A stretch of DNA of 64,000 nucleotides from the IMG/VR virus record IMGVR_UViG_3300046787_000353, positions 1-64,000 of that record. One strand, 5' to 3'. The number at the start of each line of letters is the position of its first letter. Positions within the stretch are counted from its first letter, which is position 1. The notes below the pieces were generated by a model that was not told the DNA's origin, did not search any database, and saw only the letters and a program-made list of their open reading frames with translations. The position numbers were made by a program, and so were the translations under genes. The DNA is from a virus (Duplodnaviria; Heunggongvirae; Uroviricota; Caudoviricetes). Below, in pieces: positions 18,756 to 28,979 of this stretch.

Positions 18756-19325
18756 CTACTTATTTAAAAATCCTATTACTTTATCTTTAATTCCACATTG
18801 CTTTATCCCCTCATTACTTCTAGCCGTTAATACAAAGTTATCAAGTCCATAACCTTGATTGTATTCCGGACTCATATTAAGGTCATCTATTGCAACCCAT
18901 TGCTCTACGTTGGGATTCAATTCCAAATATTGTTGTATTTCCAATATTCTTTTTTTACTATACCACCCTTTCCAACTGAATAGTCCATCTGTGGTTTTAT
19001 CAAAATCACCTAAGTTTGGTGTGAATGCAATTGGTCTTTTACTAATACCTTGCTCAATGTAGTAATCACCCAACTCTTCTAATGTAGCGTGTAGTTTCCA
19101 ATCTGAACTAACAACTATTTCAGCTCCAGTTTCATCGAGTATCTCATTCAATATCTTAATAGCCTTTACATCGAAATTATCCAATCTTACATTAACAGGT
19201 GCTTCTTTTAGAATTGATGATGATTCGGGATTTTCTGAACGATATTTACTCCACTTCTTACCTCTACTTCCCCAATTGTTGGAGAGGCAAATTACACCAT
19301 CGTTATCTAAAAATATTGCCTTCAT
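18756..19325 (-). CDS. HAD-superfamily hydrolase-like protein
   Basis: N-terminal IFLDNDGV carries the DxDG(T/V) HAD motif I. Confidence 0.5.
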   Translation of the reverse strand: MKAIFLDNDGVICLSNNWGSRGKKWSKYRSENPESSSILKEAPVNVRLDNFDVKAIKILNEILDETGAEIVVSSDWKLHATLEELGDYYIEQGISKRPIAFTPNLGDFDKTTDGLFSWKGWYSKKRILEIQQYLELNPNVEQWVAIDDLNMSPEYNQGYGLDNFVLTARSNEGIKQCGIKDKVIGFLNK

Positions 19326-19327
19326 TG

Positions 19328-19588
19328 TTATAAGTTTTGTATTCTTTCTAAAATCTCCGTAACTTCATTTTCATTCAGATGACCTATTACATCATCTGTA
19401 ATATCAGTATTATATGCTATCTCACCATCTTCCGAAAGAACTGCTAATTCATATAATCCATTAGAACCACCATAGCTGTAAGGTCCTTTGATTACACTCA
19501 CACCATATCCGTTATCAAAATATGTTCTAGCAGCTATTCCCATCCCATCTGGCAATTGTCTGAACGTTAAATCATTAAATGTTTTCAT
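19328..19588 (-). CDS. hypothetical protein (86 aa)
   Basis: Minus-strand ORF. Confidence 0.45.
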   Translation of the reverse strand: MKTFNDLTFRQLPDGMGIAARTYFDNGYGVSVIKGPYSYGGSNGLYELAVLSEDGEIAYNTDITDDVIGHLNENEVTEILERIQNL

Positions 19589-19653
19589 TTGTTTTAGATT
19601 TTATATTATTGAAGATAGTAGGGGAATCGAACCCCTACTCGTTCCAAACTATC

Positions 19654-20577
19654 TTATTTCATTCCTTTATATAATTGTGGTGCAGTTCCGTAAACAGGTA
19701 ACTTACCATCCCATTTGTTAATCCATTCTAATTGTAATAACATAGGTGTAATTGTTCTTTGTTTCAAACTATTTGCTTCTGCTTCTGCTTTAGCTGCTGT
19801 TAACATCGCCTGAGCGTTACCATTTGCGGTTGCTACTTTAATCTTCGCCTGTGCTTCAGCCGTTTTAACTTCGTTCTCAGCTCTTAATGCTGCCTGAACT
19901 GCGTTGTTCTTAGCTTCAATTGATTTCTTAAATGTTTCAGGGTAAATCAAATTAGATGTGAACTGATTGATTACAAATCCCTCCTTTAATAATTGACCAT
20001 CTAATAATCTACGAACTTCAATTTCAAATACTGCTCTATTACTAATCAATTCATCAGCCGTATATTTGTTAGTTGCCAATCTGAATGCATCATACACTGC
20101 GGTTTTTAAGAATCCCTCTTCGATATCTTCCAAAGGTCTACGATACTTACTAAAGATTGCAGGAACTTTATCTCTCTGAACCGAATAATTCATAATAGGT
20201 GATACTGAAAATTCAGAACCATCTTTACTATTTACTACGAATGAATTCTCATTTTTGTATTCTTTATGCTGAATGAATGTAGGGAACTCATAAACTGTGG
20301 TTGTAAATGGATTATAGAATACCATTCCGGTAACTGCTACAACATCATCTACGCCTTTGTTATCACCATACTGATTAACTTTTACACCCACATGCCCTGC
20401 ATCAATTCGTTCGCAAGAGTTAAATACGAATGTTGATACTAATAAAAATGCTACTACGCTTAAAATAATTCTCATAATTGTTTTTGTTTGTTTTGTTTTT
20501 TCTAATTTATTTTGTTCAATTTGCTCATCCGATAATCGGTTTCCCCATCTATCGTAACTATCACTATACATTCCCAT
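19654..20577 (-). CDS. SPFH / band-7 (prohibitin/HflKC-like) domain membrane protein
   Basis: An N-terminal TM anchor is followed by an SPFH-like core (HVGVKVNQYGDNKGV...) and an Ala/Glu-rich coiled-coil tail AEAQAKIKVATANGNAQAMLTAAKAEAEA. Confidence 0.7.
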   Translation of the reverse strand: MGMYSDSYDRWGNRLSDEQIEQNKLEKTKQTKTIMRIILSVVAFLLVSTFVFNSCERIDAGHVGVKVNQYGDNKGVDDVVAVTGMVFYNPFTTTVYEFPTFIQHKEYKNENSFVVNSKDGSEFSVSPIMNYSVQRDKVPAIFSKYRRPLEDIEEGFLKTAVYDAFRLATNKYTADELISNRAVFEIEVRRLLDGQLLKEGFVINQFTSNLIYPETFKKSIEAKNNAVQAALRAENEVKTAEAQAKIKVATANGNAQAMLTAAKAEAEANSLKQRTITPMLLQLEWINKWDGKLPVYGTAPQLYKGMK

Positions 20578-20580
20578 AGG

Positions 20581-20913
20581 TTATTGGTTTTTGGATTTAG
20601 GATTATGCGGAGGTAACGGAAATCCATCTTTTTTTATTTTCTTAGTGTATTTACGTTTTGTCTTTGGTTTTGGAATATAATCCAATTCCGTTTCACCAAA
20701 TTCTTTTTGAGCTTCCTCTTTTGAAATTGGTTTAAATAATGCATCAACGTAAACATACGCTGCTAATCCTTCAATAAATCCCAATATACCTCCGAATATA
20801 TTTATAATCGTATTCGATGCTGTGAGTGCTGGTGCAACTACAAATGTAAATACTAATAGGATTGAACCCAATACCAAAAATGGTGTGATTATTCTTTTAA
20901 TTCGTTTTATCAT
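20581..20913 (-). CDS. membrane protein (110 aa, 2-3 TM segments)
   Basis: Hydrophobic segments. Confidence 0.5.
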   Translation of the reverse strand: MIKRIKRIITPFLVLGSILLVFTFVVAPALTASNTIINIFGGILGFIEGLAAYVYVDALFKPISKEEAQKEFGETELDYIPKPKTKRKYTKKIKKDGFPLPPHNPKSKNQ

Positions 20914-21146
20914 AATATGATTTTTTTAGTTATATTTAAAATTGTTTGTTCATCTTCTTTGGATAATCTCCATTTGTTGTTGAATAGTTTGTGAACTTGC
21001 TCATTCCAATCATCATCTACACTTTTATCACTATCATCCTTTTTAGCTATAAAACCATCTTCATATAGTTCATCTACCAATTGTTGCTTTTCTCTATCAG
21101 ACATGCTCCATAAGATGTCCTCAATTTCAATATCAATACTTGCCAT
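20910..21146 (-). CDS. hypothetical acidic protein (78 aa)
   Basis: Minus-strand ORF. Confidence 0.4.
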   Translation of the reverse strand: MASIDIEIEDILWSMSDREKQQLVDELYEDGFIAKKDDSDKSVDDDWNEQVHKLFNNKWRLSKEDEQTILNITKKIIL

Positions 21147-21156
21147 AATTTATAAT

Positions 21157-21351
21157 TTATTTTTGATTGTTAAATCCAGTTATCTGCATTCTGGGTTCGA
21201 AGTTAACGAATTGTTTTACTTCATCTTCTCTATTGTGGATTATAGCTGCTGTCATGTGCAACAATTCCAAATCCCACTCATCGGCTACCCATCTTTTAAA
21301 TAATTTGGTTAGAATCTTTGATTCGATTTTTTGTAATAATTTTTGTATCAT
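21157..21351 (-). CDS. hypothetical protein (64 aa)
   Basis: Minus-strand ORF. Confidence 0.35.
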   Translation of the reverse strand: MIQKLLQKIESKILTKLFKRWVADEWDLELLHMTAAIIHNREDEVKQFVNFEPRMQITGFNNQK

Positions 21352-21368
21352 AGTTAATAAGTTTTAGA

Positions 21369-21827
21369 TTACCAACTTGCGTAATACTCAAATTCATCAG
21401 CCCCATCATCTTCTAAGATTTCAGTCAAATACTTAATTGTATTGGCAACATCTTTGAAATACCACTCATCGTATTCTGTTCCCCCGAAGAAGAACCCACT
21501 TGCTGATGGTAATAAGGTAGGTGCTAATGAATTATCTTCAATAACTTTGTTACACACATCTAACAATTCTTCCAACTTTTCTCTACTAACAAACGAATTC
21601 TGGCAGTTATCAATCCCATCCTGCACATTTTGAACAAACCAATTGTGAATTTGATTTGCTTTTCTCCAATAGGCAACTTCCTCAACGATGTATCTAATAC
21701 GTTCTGGTTTGATTGTTTTATCAATCTCACCACCGGTTTTTACCTCTACTTCTGTTCGGTATTCAGGCTTTACCCATTCACCTTGTCTAACATAATTCTT
21801 CTTGTACAAATAACTGTCTAATCCCAT
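21369..21827 (-). CDS. hypothetical protein (152 aa)
   Basis: Minus-strand ORF with a promoter motif upstream. Confidence 0.5.
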   Translation of the reverse strand: MGLDSYLYKKNYVRQGEWVKPEYRTEVEVKTGGEIDKTIKPERIRYIVEEVAYWRKANQIHNWFVQNVQDGIDNCQNSFVSREKLEELLDVCNKVIEDNSLAPTLLPSASGFFFGGTEYDEWYFKDVANTIKYLTEILEDDGADEFEYYASW

Positions 21828-21868
21828 AATTTTAAATTTTAAAGTTTAAGTTTCTTAATTTTTATACT

Positions 21869-21900
21869 GCAATATACGAAATTCTATCGATATTGCCAAA
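21869..21900 (-). promoter_or_regulatory. promoter, class 1 (TTTGGCAATATC ... TATATTGC)
   Basis: Minus-strand TTTGGCAATATCGATAGAATTTCG-TATATTGC sits about 40 nt upstream of the ATG at 21827. Confidence 0.5.
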
Positions 21901-21910
21901 TATTTGAGTG

Positions 21911-21948
21911 GTTTTTTTTAAAAAAGAAAGGAGGAAATTTCTTCCTCC
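21911..21948 (-). terminator. rho-independent terminator after 21974..23203
   Basis: ggaggaa/ttcctcc hairpin plus a U-run on the minus strand. Confidence 0.6.
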
Positions 21949-21973
21949 CTCTCAATCAACTATTAAACTATTA

Positions 21974-23203
21974 CTACCACACAATAGTATCTTCGGTCAC
22001 ATCATCTTTTGCTTCGTTAAAAAGTTTAGATTCTGCTTCATCATTTTTAATATACTTTTGAACCAACTGCTTCATAAATACTCTCTCTGAATCCAATCCT
22101 CCATCATTAGAGAAGTAAGGTAAGATAGCGATATCAGCTGCTTCTAACAATGTAAATCCATCGTAAATCAAACCGGCTGCTTCTACGTTAGTACGAGTAG
22201 ATACCGTAGTTGATACCTTGCTGGCATCAGTCTTAATCAACTCACGAGTAGTTGAAGCGATTTCAGCCAAAGCGTTTAATGAATACTCATCAGCTTCTGG
22301 ATAGATAAGTTTCAACAAATCAAACTCTGATTGTTTATCTAACAAATCCATCTCAATAGTTACAAATCTGTCCATCATAGCACGGTCCATAATACGAGTT
22401 GATGTATATTCATTACCGATGTTAGCCGTAGCGATGAAAGTAACTCCACTTGCTACACTTACAATTGGAGAACCCTCAGCCTCATCCAAACGTAAGTAAC
22501 GTTGCCCCTGGTCTAACACAGTCATTAAGATATTCCATGCTTCTGGGTGAGCTCTACTCAACTCATCTAATAAGATGATAGCGTTAGGAGTTTTGATTGC
22601 TTTAACGAATGCTGATTCACTAAAGAAAGTTCCTTTATCTTTATCGAAGTGAGTGTTACCGATTAAGGTTGCTCTCGGGTCTTGCGTTGCTCCTAAGTTG
22701 AAGTAGAAATCAGGTCGGTTAAGTGATTTAACCAATGATTGAGCCGCCAATGTTTTACCACAACCAGTTGGTCCACACATCATAATGTTTTTACCACGAA
22801 CTGCTGAACGAAGTAAATACTTCCACTTCAATGGTTCGATGAACAATCCTTTAGGTTTCAACTCCTGTCCGTTTTGGTGGATGAAATCTTTAAGAGCCTC
22901 ATGTGTATCAAATGATTCGGTAACAGAATCAGCGGTGTTTTCGGAAGTTGGTTGAGCCAATGTTTTGAACTCATCCATCTCCACTAATTTGTAGGTTAAT
23001 GCCCCACTTTTACCAACGTAACCTCTAATTGCTTTACCTTCAGCTTCTGCTGTTTTCATACGAGCTTTAGTAACTCCGGCTACTTTGGCGTAAGTTTTAT
23101 CATCCGTAGTTAACATAGCGAATGAACGGCCAATCTTAATAACTTTGTAAATTTCATTTGTGAAACCTACGTTTAAATCTTTTTTTGTTTTGGTAGTACT
23201 CAT
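21974..23203 (-). CDS. MoxR-family AAA+ ATPase (CbbQ/NirQ/NorQ/GvpN-like; CobS-like in phages)
   Basis: Walker A MMCGPTGCGKT, a Walker B LLDELSRA motif, and ATANIGNEY...RIMDRAMMDRF. Confidence 0.85.
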   Translation of the reverse strand: MSTTKTKKDLNVGFTNEIYKVIKIGRSFAMLTTDDKTYAKVAGVTKARMKTAEAEGKAIRGYVGKSGALTYKLVEMDEFKTLAQPTSENTADSVTESFDTHEALKDFIHQNGQELKPKGLFIEPLKWKYLLRSAVRGKNIMMCGPTGCGKTLAAQSLVKSLNRPDFYFNLGATQDPRATLIGNTHFDKDKGTFFSESAFVKAIKTPNAIILLDELSRAHPEAWNILMTVLDQGQRYLRLDEAEGSPIVSVASGVTFIATANIGNEYTSTRIMDRAMMDRFVTIEMDLLDKQSEFDLLKLIYPEADEYSLNALAEIASTTRELIKTDASKVSTTVSTRTNVEAAGLIYDGFTLLEAADIAILPYFSNDGGLDSERVFMKQLVQKYIKNDEAESKLFNEAKDDVTEDTIVW

Positions 23204-23540
23204 AATAGTATCTGTTTTAAAGTTTAATATGTCTCTTAATTTTATTCTGCAATATACGAATTAATTTCCAATTGCACAAGCTTTTTGTGAATTATTTTTA
23301 TAAAATTTATTCATTTCCTTTTCAGCCTGATTCAATAGTTTTTGTGATTCTTTCTTATTCCCTTTGAATAATAACTCCATCGCTTTGATGGTCAATTGTC
23401 TGTGTTTTGGTAGTTTGTTCATCTCTTATCTTTTATTACTTCGTAAAGATAGTAAATATTGTCCGTATTGCCAAATATTTTAGCAAATTTTAACAAAATT
23501 TTAACAAAAAAGTCGTAAGTAATTGATATAGAAAGAGTTA

Positions 23541-23565
23541 TGAAAAGGGAGGGTTTTCCCTCCCA
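23541..23565 (-). terminator. rho-independent terminator after 23586..25871
   Basis: gggaggg/ccctccc hairpin. Confidence 0.55.
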
Positions 23566-23585
23566 ATCCATAGGGCTTTCCGAGC

Positions 23586-25871
23586 CTAAGATTTTCTTAA
23601 AAACATCTCATTCATTGTTTTGGCAACTTCGAACATATTCTCCACGTTAACACTTTTTGCATCACGTCCGTAACATTGTTCGAATAATCTCCAAGCAGAT
23701 GTGTTTTTTACATCAGTATATTCACTAATAAAATATGATAATACATTAATACCAGCCGATTGCATCTTCTTAATTTGCTTATTAGTATGTTTAGCGGCGG
23801 CAGGACCTGTATATTGAATACCATCTCCACCATTACTAATTGAATAACAAGGTTCACCATCGGAGAAGTTCAAGAAGTATGAATCAGAATCATTAGTAGC
23901 CGGTATCAATTGCTTCTGAATTGCTTCGAAACACAAACCTTCCGGTGTTGTATTATTTGCTCTTAGGATACCCATATAACGAGCGAACGTTCTAAAGTTA
24001 CCTTTACGAGAATCATATACAACAGCGATGTAAGGTAAAGAACGAGAACCACTATCGGTAGAACGAATGGATACCTGAACGTTGATGTTACGAGCCATTT
24101 CACAAGCCTTAACAATAGCCACAGTCGATGTGATTGCTTTCTTAATCTTAGAACCACTCATTGAACCAGAGTAGTCAATTGAGATATGAAGATTGGCTTT
24201 CTTATATTGGTCAACTTCTTTAGTGAAGAAAACGTTCTCGTTATCATATCCAAGCGAAGCAACCATTCTACCATCAATCTTACCTTTAGTAAGGCGAGAG
24301 TAAACTGTTTCTCTACTTTCGTTACGAACTTGCAACTTCTTACCTAATATAGTTCCTAATGTGATACCTCTACGAACCTCATCTTCTGCCCACTTTTGTG
24401 GTTCACCACTTTTCCAATCTACCGAACTGAATGGAAAATCTTTATCTGAAATCATTTTATCGGTAAGGTTCTTAACTACAATACAATCAACACCTTTGTT
24501 GTGTCCGTATCCATCTGGGTTGTAATCATTACCAACACGAACTAATTCAGTATCCGAAGCGGAGATGTTTTCTAACTTCTCAATTTCAGTTTTAGAAACT
24601 TGCTTTTTCTTAATCTTACCATCTAAAAACTCTTTTTGCTTTTTGATTTTGTTATCAAGTTGTTTCTTTTGGTTACCTGTCATTGATTGTTTACCTTTAA
24701 CATCACCCTTAGCCTCACCAGCGGGAGCTTCTGATGAATCTGATTCAGAAGGCGTTCCTTCCACATCACCGGCATCCATATTGATACCACTTCCATTACC
24801 ATCGCCATCGGATTCTCCATTAGATTCTCCACTACCTTCACCATCTTCACTTTCGGTGGTTTCACCATCCGATTCACCATCGCCTTTATCTTTTTGCTTT
24901 TGGCCGCCAGATGCGTCTGGCAATTCAATATGATTTAAGATTTCGGTAACAACATCAATTGAAAGATTAAATGCATCTTCCGTTGATTTCAAACGTTCGA
25001 TGTTACTTAAATTGATTAATCGATAAATTGCTCTCAAACCTTTTAATTTAGAAAGGTCAGTTTCTTCATTGTGAAGGTTGATGATTCTAAACATATAAGA
25101 ATCGATAGTTTCATCGGTATATTCATCCGAAGCGATTCCCTTAGTAATCATCTTATCATTAAAGTAATGGTCATACATCGATGAATAGTAATCTCTATAA
25201 CCAGGTGCCGAATTGTAGATGTATTGGTCAATACGTCTGTCCTCAATCCAGTTGGTTAATTGTCCAACTAATGTTTCAATCTCTTTATTGATGGTGATTT
25301 TTGAACCAATCTTACCTGATTTCAAAAACATCTCAGCGAATCCAGCTTTGTATTTTAAACCATCAATTTTTTGTAAAATAGCGTTATCAATATAGTCATC
25401 ACTATATGGGATTGGATATCCATTCTCAATTGCTTCTTTGTTTTGAATAGCCGCATTACTTCTAAGATATCGAATGGTATCGGTAATACTACTCATTTCA
25501 GATAACAAACTAAAATCGGATAACACAATGTGTGAACCCTCATGCAATGCTAAACCAACGGAAACATCAAAGTTATCATCCACATCAGCGGAAAGGATAA
25601 CTCTCTTACCATCAGTCATTGAATCTGATTTGGTAGCGAATGTAACCGGAATACTTTTTTGTGTAACAATTTGAACGAAATTGGAGATAGCTCTCCTCGT
25701 TGCTGATAACTTATACAAGTCATTTGTTTTCTTAAATGCCGATAACTTATCTTCATCTAAATCACTATACTTGTCTAAGTAATCGTATGATGTATTATAC
25801 TCATCATACCAATATGAACTAGCGGATTTCTTTTGAACACCACCACTTTTTAATCTGTTGTACCAACTCAT
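23586..25871 (-). CDS. von Willebrand factor A (vWA) domain protein with acidic low-complexity tract (CobT-like partner of the MoxR ATPase)
   Basis: MIDAS motif DYSGSMSG (DxSxS). Central region DKGDGESDGETTESEDGEGSGESNGESDGDGNGSG. Adjacent to the AAA+ MoxR gene. Confidence 0.8.
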   Translation of the reverse strand: MSWYNRLKSGGVQKKSASSYWYDEYNTSYDYLDKYSDLDEDKLSAFKKTNDLYKLSATRRAISNFVQIVTQKSIPVTFATKSDSMTDGKRVILSADVDDNFDVSVGLALHEGSHIVLSDFSLLSEMSSITDTIRYLRSNAAIQNKEAIENGYPIPYSDDYIDNAILQKIDGLKYKAGFAEMFLKSGKIGSKITINKEIETLVGQLTNWIEDRRIDQYIYNSAPGYRDYYSSMYDHYFNDKMITKGIASDEYTDETIDSYMFRIINLHNEETDLSKLKGLRAIYRLINLSNIERLKSTEDAFNLSIDVVTEILNHIELPDASGGQKQKDKGDGESDGETTESEDGEGSGESNGESDGDGNGSGINMDAGDVEGTPSESDSSEAPAGEAKGDVKGKQSMTGNQKKQLDNKIKKQKEFLDGKIKKKQVSKTEIEKLENISASDTELVRVGNDYNPDGYGHNKGVDCIVVKNLTDKMISDKDFPFSSVDWKSGEPQKWAEDEVRRGITLGTILGKKLQVRNESRETVYSRLTKGKIDGRMVASLGYDNENVFFTKEVDQYKKANLHISIDYSGSMSGSKIKKAITSTVAIVKACEMARNINVQVSIRSTDSGSRSLPYIAVVYDSRKGNFRTFARYMGILRANNTTPEGLCFEAIQKQLIPATNDSDSYFLNFSDGEPCYSISNGGDGIQYTGPAAAKHTNKQIKKMQSAGINVLSYFISEYTDVKNTSAWRLFEQCYGRDAKSVNVENMFEVAKTMNEMFLRKS

Positions 25872-25979
25872 AGCTCGGAAATTTATTTGTTGTTATTAAT
25901 TATTTATTCTGCAATATACGAAATATAATCGGAAAAGTCAAGTCTTTTTTCAATTATTTTGTTAAAAGTTATTAACAAT

Positions 25980-26207
25980 TTAGTATTGGGTAAACCCAGT
26001 TAGGATAGGATATCCTTTAACTATCGTAACAATTGCTTGTATTTTAGGGTTTTGAACCTCATCTAATTCCTTATACAAATACCCATCAAAGAGTCCATAT
26101 AACATATTAGTCAAATTAAAATCTTCTTGTTCTGAAATTATATTTAGAATTTCTTCTCTCACTTCGCCATTCATATTGGCATGTCTATCGAATCTTGTGT
26201 AACTCAT
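25980..26207 (-). CDS. hypothetical protein (75 aa)
   Basis: Minus-strand ORF. Confidence 0.4.
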   Translation of the reverse strand: MSYTRFDRHANMNGEVREEILNIISEQEDFNLTNMLYGLFDGYLYKELDEVQNPKIQAIVTIVKGYPILTGFTQY

Positions 26208-26335
26208 TCTTAATGTGTTTAGGTTTTCTACTATATTTTTTTTTGTTCTTATAGATATTTGGACGAGTAGCCATTCTGATTTCAGCCATACTCAATACCA
26301 CTTTCTCTAATTTAATCTTTTCCATATTATGTAGA

Positions 26336-26575
26336 TTAAACGGCTTCTAACCATTGGTTATAAATGTAATCGTAATCGTGTCCAGTTATCTCTGAAAATT
26401 TTTCAAAAACTCTTTCTCTGATGATACTATCACCAACACCAATATATTCGTAAACACAATTACCACGAATCGCTGCCCACAAACCAGCGAAAGTAGCTTC
26501 TGAATTAATCTCAACACCCAACTCATCGGTTGGGTAATTCTCTAAGTAAAATTCTCTAATAGTCATATCTCTCAT
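26336..26575 (-). CDS. hypothetical protein (79 aa)
   Basis: Minus-strand ORF. Confidence 0.4.
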   Translation of the reverse strand: MRDMTIREFYLENYPTDELGVEINSEATFAGLWAAIRGNCVYEYIGVGDSIIRERVFEKFSEITGHDYDYIYNQWLEAV

Positions 26576-26589
26576 TTTTTATTACATAG

Positions 26590-26621
26590 TAAATATACGA
26601 AATAGTGCCCATATTGCCAAA
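26590..26621 (-). promoter_or_regulatory. promoter, class 1 (TTTGGCAATATGGGCACTATTTCG-TATATTTA)
   Basis: -33 TTTG and -7 TAnnTTTa with a 20-nt spacer, upstream of the 26336..26575 start. Confidence 0.55.
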
Positions 26622-26693
26622 TATTTTAGCAAGTTTTAGCAAATTTTAACATATATTTAACATATATTTTTTAATGTAATATGTAGATATTAG

Positions 26694-26722
26694 GCATAAA
26701 AAAAGGGATAAAATCTATCCCT
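26694..26722 (-). terminator. rho-independent terminator after 26730..27827
   Basis: agggata/tatccct hairpin plus a U-run. Confidence 0.55.
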
Positions 26723-26729
26723 TTGAGTA

Positions 26730-27827
26730 TCAATTAGTTAGCAAATTCACCATCCAGCCGTATCCACCTACCCCATATTCCTTATTTGCCTCACCGGTTA
26801 TCTTTATAACTAAATTTCGATTATGGTTAAGTTTACGTTGGGTTTCAATACTATTGTAATAATCCACATTCATATTGTCAAAAAACTCATCATCCGAATT
26901 AAAGAATGTTTCAAATCCCAATTCTTTTAATTTGGTTATCAACTTACAATGCTTTGGCATGGTATGTATAACGTTCATATAAAACATTGGAAATATTGTT
27001 TTTGTGAATATAGATGCGAAATTGTATCTTGGATTATCCATATTATCCGTAAATGCGTAGCATGCTTCTATTACGATGTTAAACATACTATCATTGTGCA
27101 TTTCTATAAGCCGTTCTCTTTGAGCCATTTGTAAAGAACCCACATCGAACTTTTCAGTTTCCGGTATAATTGATAACTCTCTAAGATAATCAAAATCGAT
27201 ATCACCGGCCAACTTAATCTCTTCCTCCGAATACCAATCCCTCATACCCATCAATCCCTCTTTGGATTTATCATTAAACCCATTCACATTGTGGTAGCTT
27301 ATAATGTTATTACTATTATATAGTAGATTACGTTTATGCAATTCCCATACGATATAATCCTTTCCTAAGTTTCGGTTGAATGCGCAGAATTTTAATAACG
27401 TATTTCGTTCACCCACATTTACCTCCATTGCTTTATGGTTGGTATGTTTCAGTAAATCTATACATTTTATAAAATTAACTCCAATAGGTCTATAATGTAT
27501 TAAATCTGAATTATATTTTTTAGATAAAATATCCTCATATCCAAATGTAAAGGTATCAAATAGGATTAGCTTATTAGTTGCTATGCAATGTTCAATGAAT
27601 TCATACATATAATCAATACGAATATGTTCTAACGTAGAAAATATAACTATATTATATCCATTCGTTTTTGATATTAGGTCTTGATTGAAATGTTTAATCC
27701 CTCCAACCCCATCACCATTATGTAGATATAGTGGTATGCCGGTTTTTCTACCAAATACACATATATCATCTCGGGTGATACCCAATCGTTCACTATAAAA
27801 TGTTTCATTAAAATTTGAAATCTTCAT
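26730..27827 (-). CDS. Putative glycosyltransferase, GT10-like motif; paralog 3 of 4
   Basis: Shares the C-terminal motif block with the other three paralogs (IFTKTIFPMFYMNV...LGFETF). Confidence 0.4.
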   Translation of the reverse strand: MKISNFNETFYSERLGITRDDICVFGRKTGIPLYLHNGDGVGGIKHFNQDLISKTNGYNIVIFSTLEHIRIDYMYEFIEHCIATNKLILFDTFTFGYEDILSKKYNSDLIHYRPIGVNFIKCIDLLKHTNHKAMEVNVGERNTLLKFCAFNRNLGKDYIVWELHKRNLLYNSNNIISYHNVNGFNDKSKEGLMGMRDWYSEEEIKLAGDIDFDYLRELSIIPETEKFDVGSLQMAQRERLIEMHNDSMFNIVIEACYAFTDNMDNPRYNFASIFTKTIFPMFYMNVIHTMPKHCKLITKLKELGFETFFNSDDEFFDNMNVDYYNSIETQRKLNHNRNLVIKITGEANKEYGVGGYGWMVNLLTN

Positions 27828-27968
27828 CAGCTTGAAGTCCTTTTGGGATTTGTGTTTGGGGTTTATTTCCTACCACTGTTATTTTAGTAGTTGGCTGTTG
27901 GTTACCACTTTGTAGTAATTCCTTTATCTCCTCCAATAGCTTGATTATAGTTTCAGCGTGCTGGTCTG

Positions 27969-28979
27969 TCATATTATATTATGCTTTTTAAATACATTTA
28001 CCGATAACATCTTATCAATTACAGCTAAGTTGTTTGTTTGAATTATCTCATTGGAATCATAACATTCAATCAATGAATCAATAATAGCTTTGTTGGTATA
28101 TTCCTTTATGAATTTAGAATTTGCGAACCAAAACCCAGCATCATGCAAATCTTTCATGTGCTCCGGTGAAGTTATCATCATCATATTGATATCCAATAAT
28201 TCCATCCAAGCCCCCTTTAATATCTTCTCCGATGTGAAGTAAGGTAGATTGGGTTGAAAGTTAAAATGTGTTTCCGATGTGATGAAGTAATTACATTCTC
28301 TGAAATCAAATGGTGTAGAGAAATGTGGATTCTTTAACCCAATCGATAACTTATACAAAGCCTCTCTTGGATATGAAAAAGATATACTATCTGATTTACT
28401 ATCAAAGTAATCTATATAATCATATCTCCAATTCCTAATATTTTCTCTATCTTGTTTCCAAGAACTCAATCCATAATATCCAATTTTGTATTTTTTAGGA
28501 TATGTCACCCTATCCGAATATGTTCTGTCTATATGACAAGAACCTATTAGAAAATTGAAGTAATGGAATGATAGTACCATATCATACACATAATTTGGAT
28601 GATTTGCCAATTCAGGCATATACGTTGAAGTATATACTTTGATTCCCAAATCCAATACAATCTTCCAATTGTTATTTACATCGAACATCCCCTCGCCATA
28701 GTGCCACAATATGAAGTATTTCTTAGAATGGTCTAACTTAGACCAAACTCCCAATACCTCCTCATTTGCTGAATGGAATTGTAATACGTTGGCTAAATCA
28801 AGCTCAATGATATCGTACCCATTCGTTTTTAGCTTACTCTCCGATGAATCAAATACAAATGTATGTTCATTGGTTTTAAATGTATAACGAGTGCCTTTGA
28901 ATGTGGATTCGATTATCTCATCCTTATAAGATTCTTCGGCTAAAAAGTATCCAATTTGGGTTGTAAATTTTATTATCAT
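27969..28979 (-). CDS. Putative glycosyltransferase, GT10-like motif; paralog 4 of 4
   Basis: FITSETHF...YFTSEKILKGAW matches the CFENS...YVTEKILDAY motif pair of bacterial alpha-1,3-fucosyltransferases. Confidence 0.45.
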   Translation of the reverse strand: MIIKFTTQIGYFLAEESYKDEIIESTFKGTRYTFKTNEHTFVFDSSESKLKTNGYDIIELDLANVLQFHSANEEVLGVWSKLDHSKKYFILWHYGEGMFDVNNNWKIVLDLGIKVYTSTYMPELANHPNYVYDMVLSFHYFNFLIGSCHIDRTYSDRVTYPKKYKIGYYGLSSWKQDRENIRNWRYDYIDYFDSKSDSISFSYPREALYKLSIGLKNPHFSTPFDFRECNYFITSETHFNFQPNLPYFTSEKILKGAWMELLDINMMMITSPEHMKDLHDAGFWFANSKFIKEYTNKAIIDSLIECYDSNEIIQTNNLAVIDKMLSVNVFKKHNII

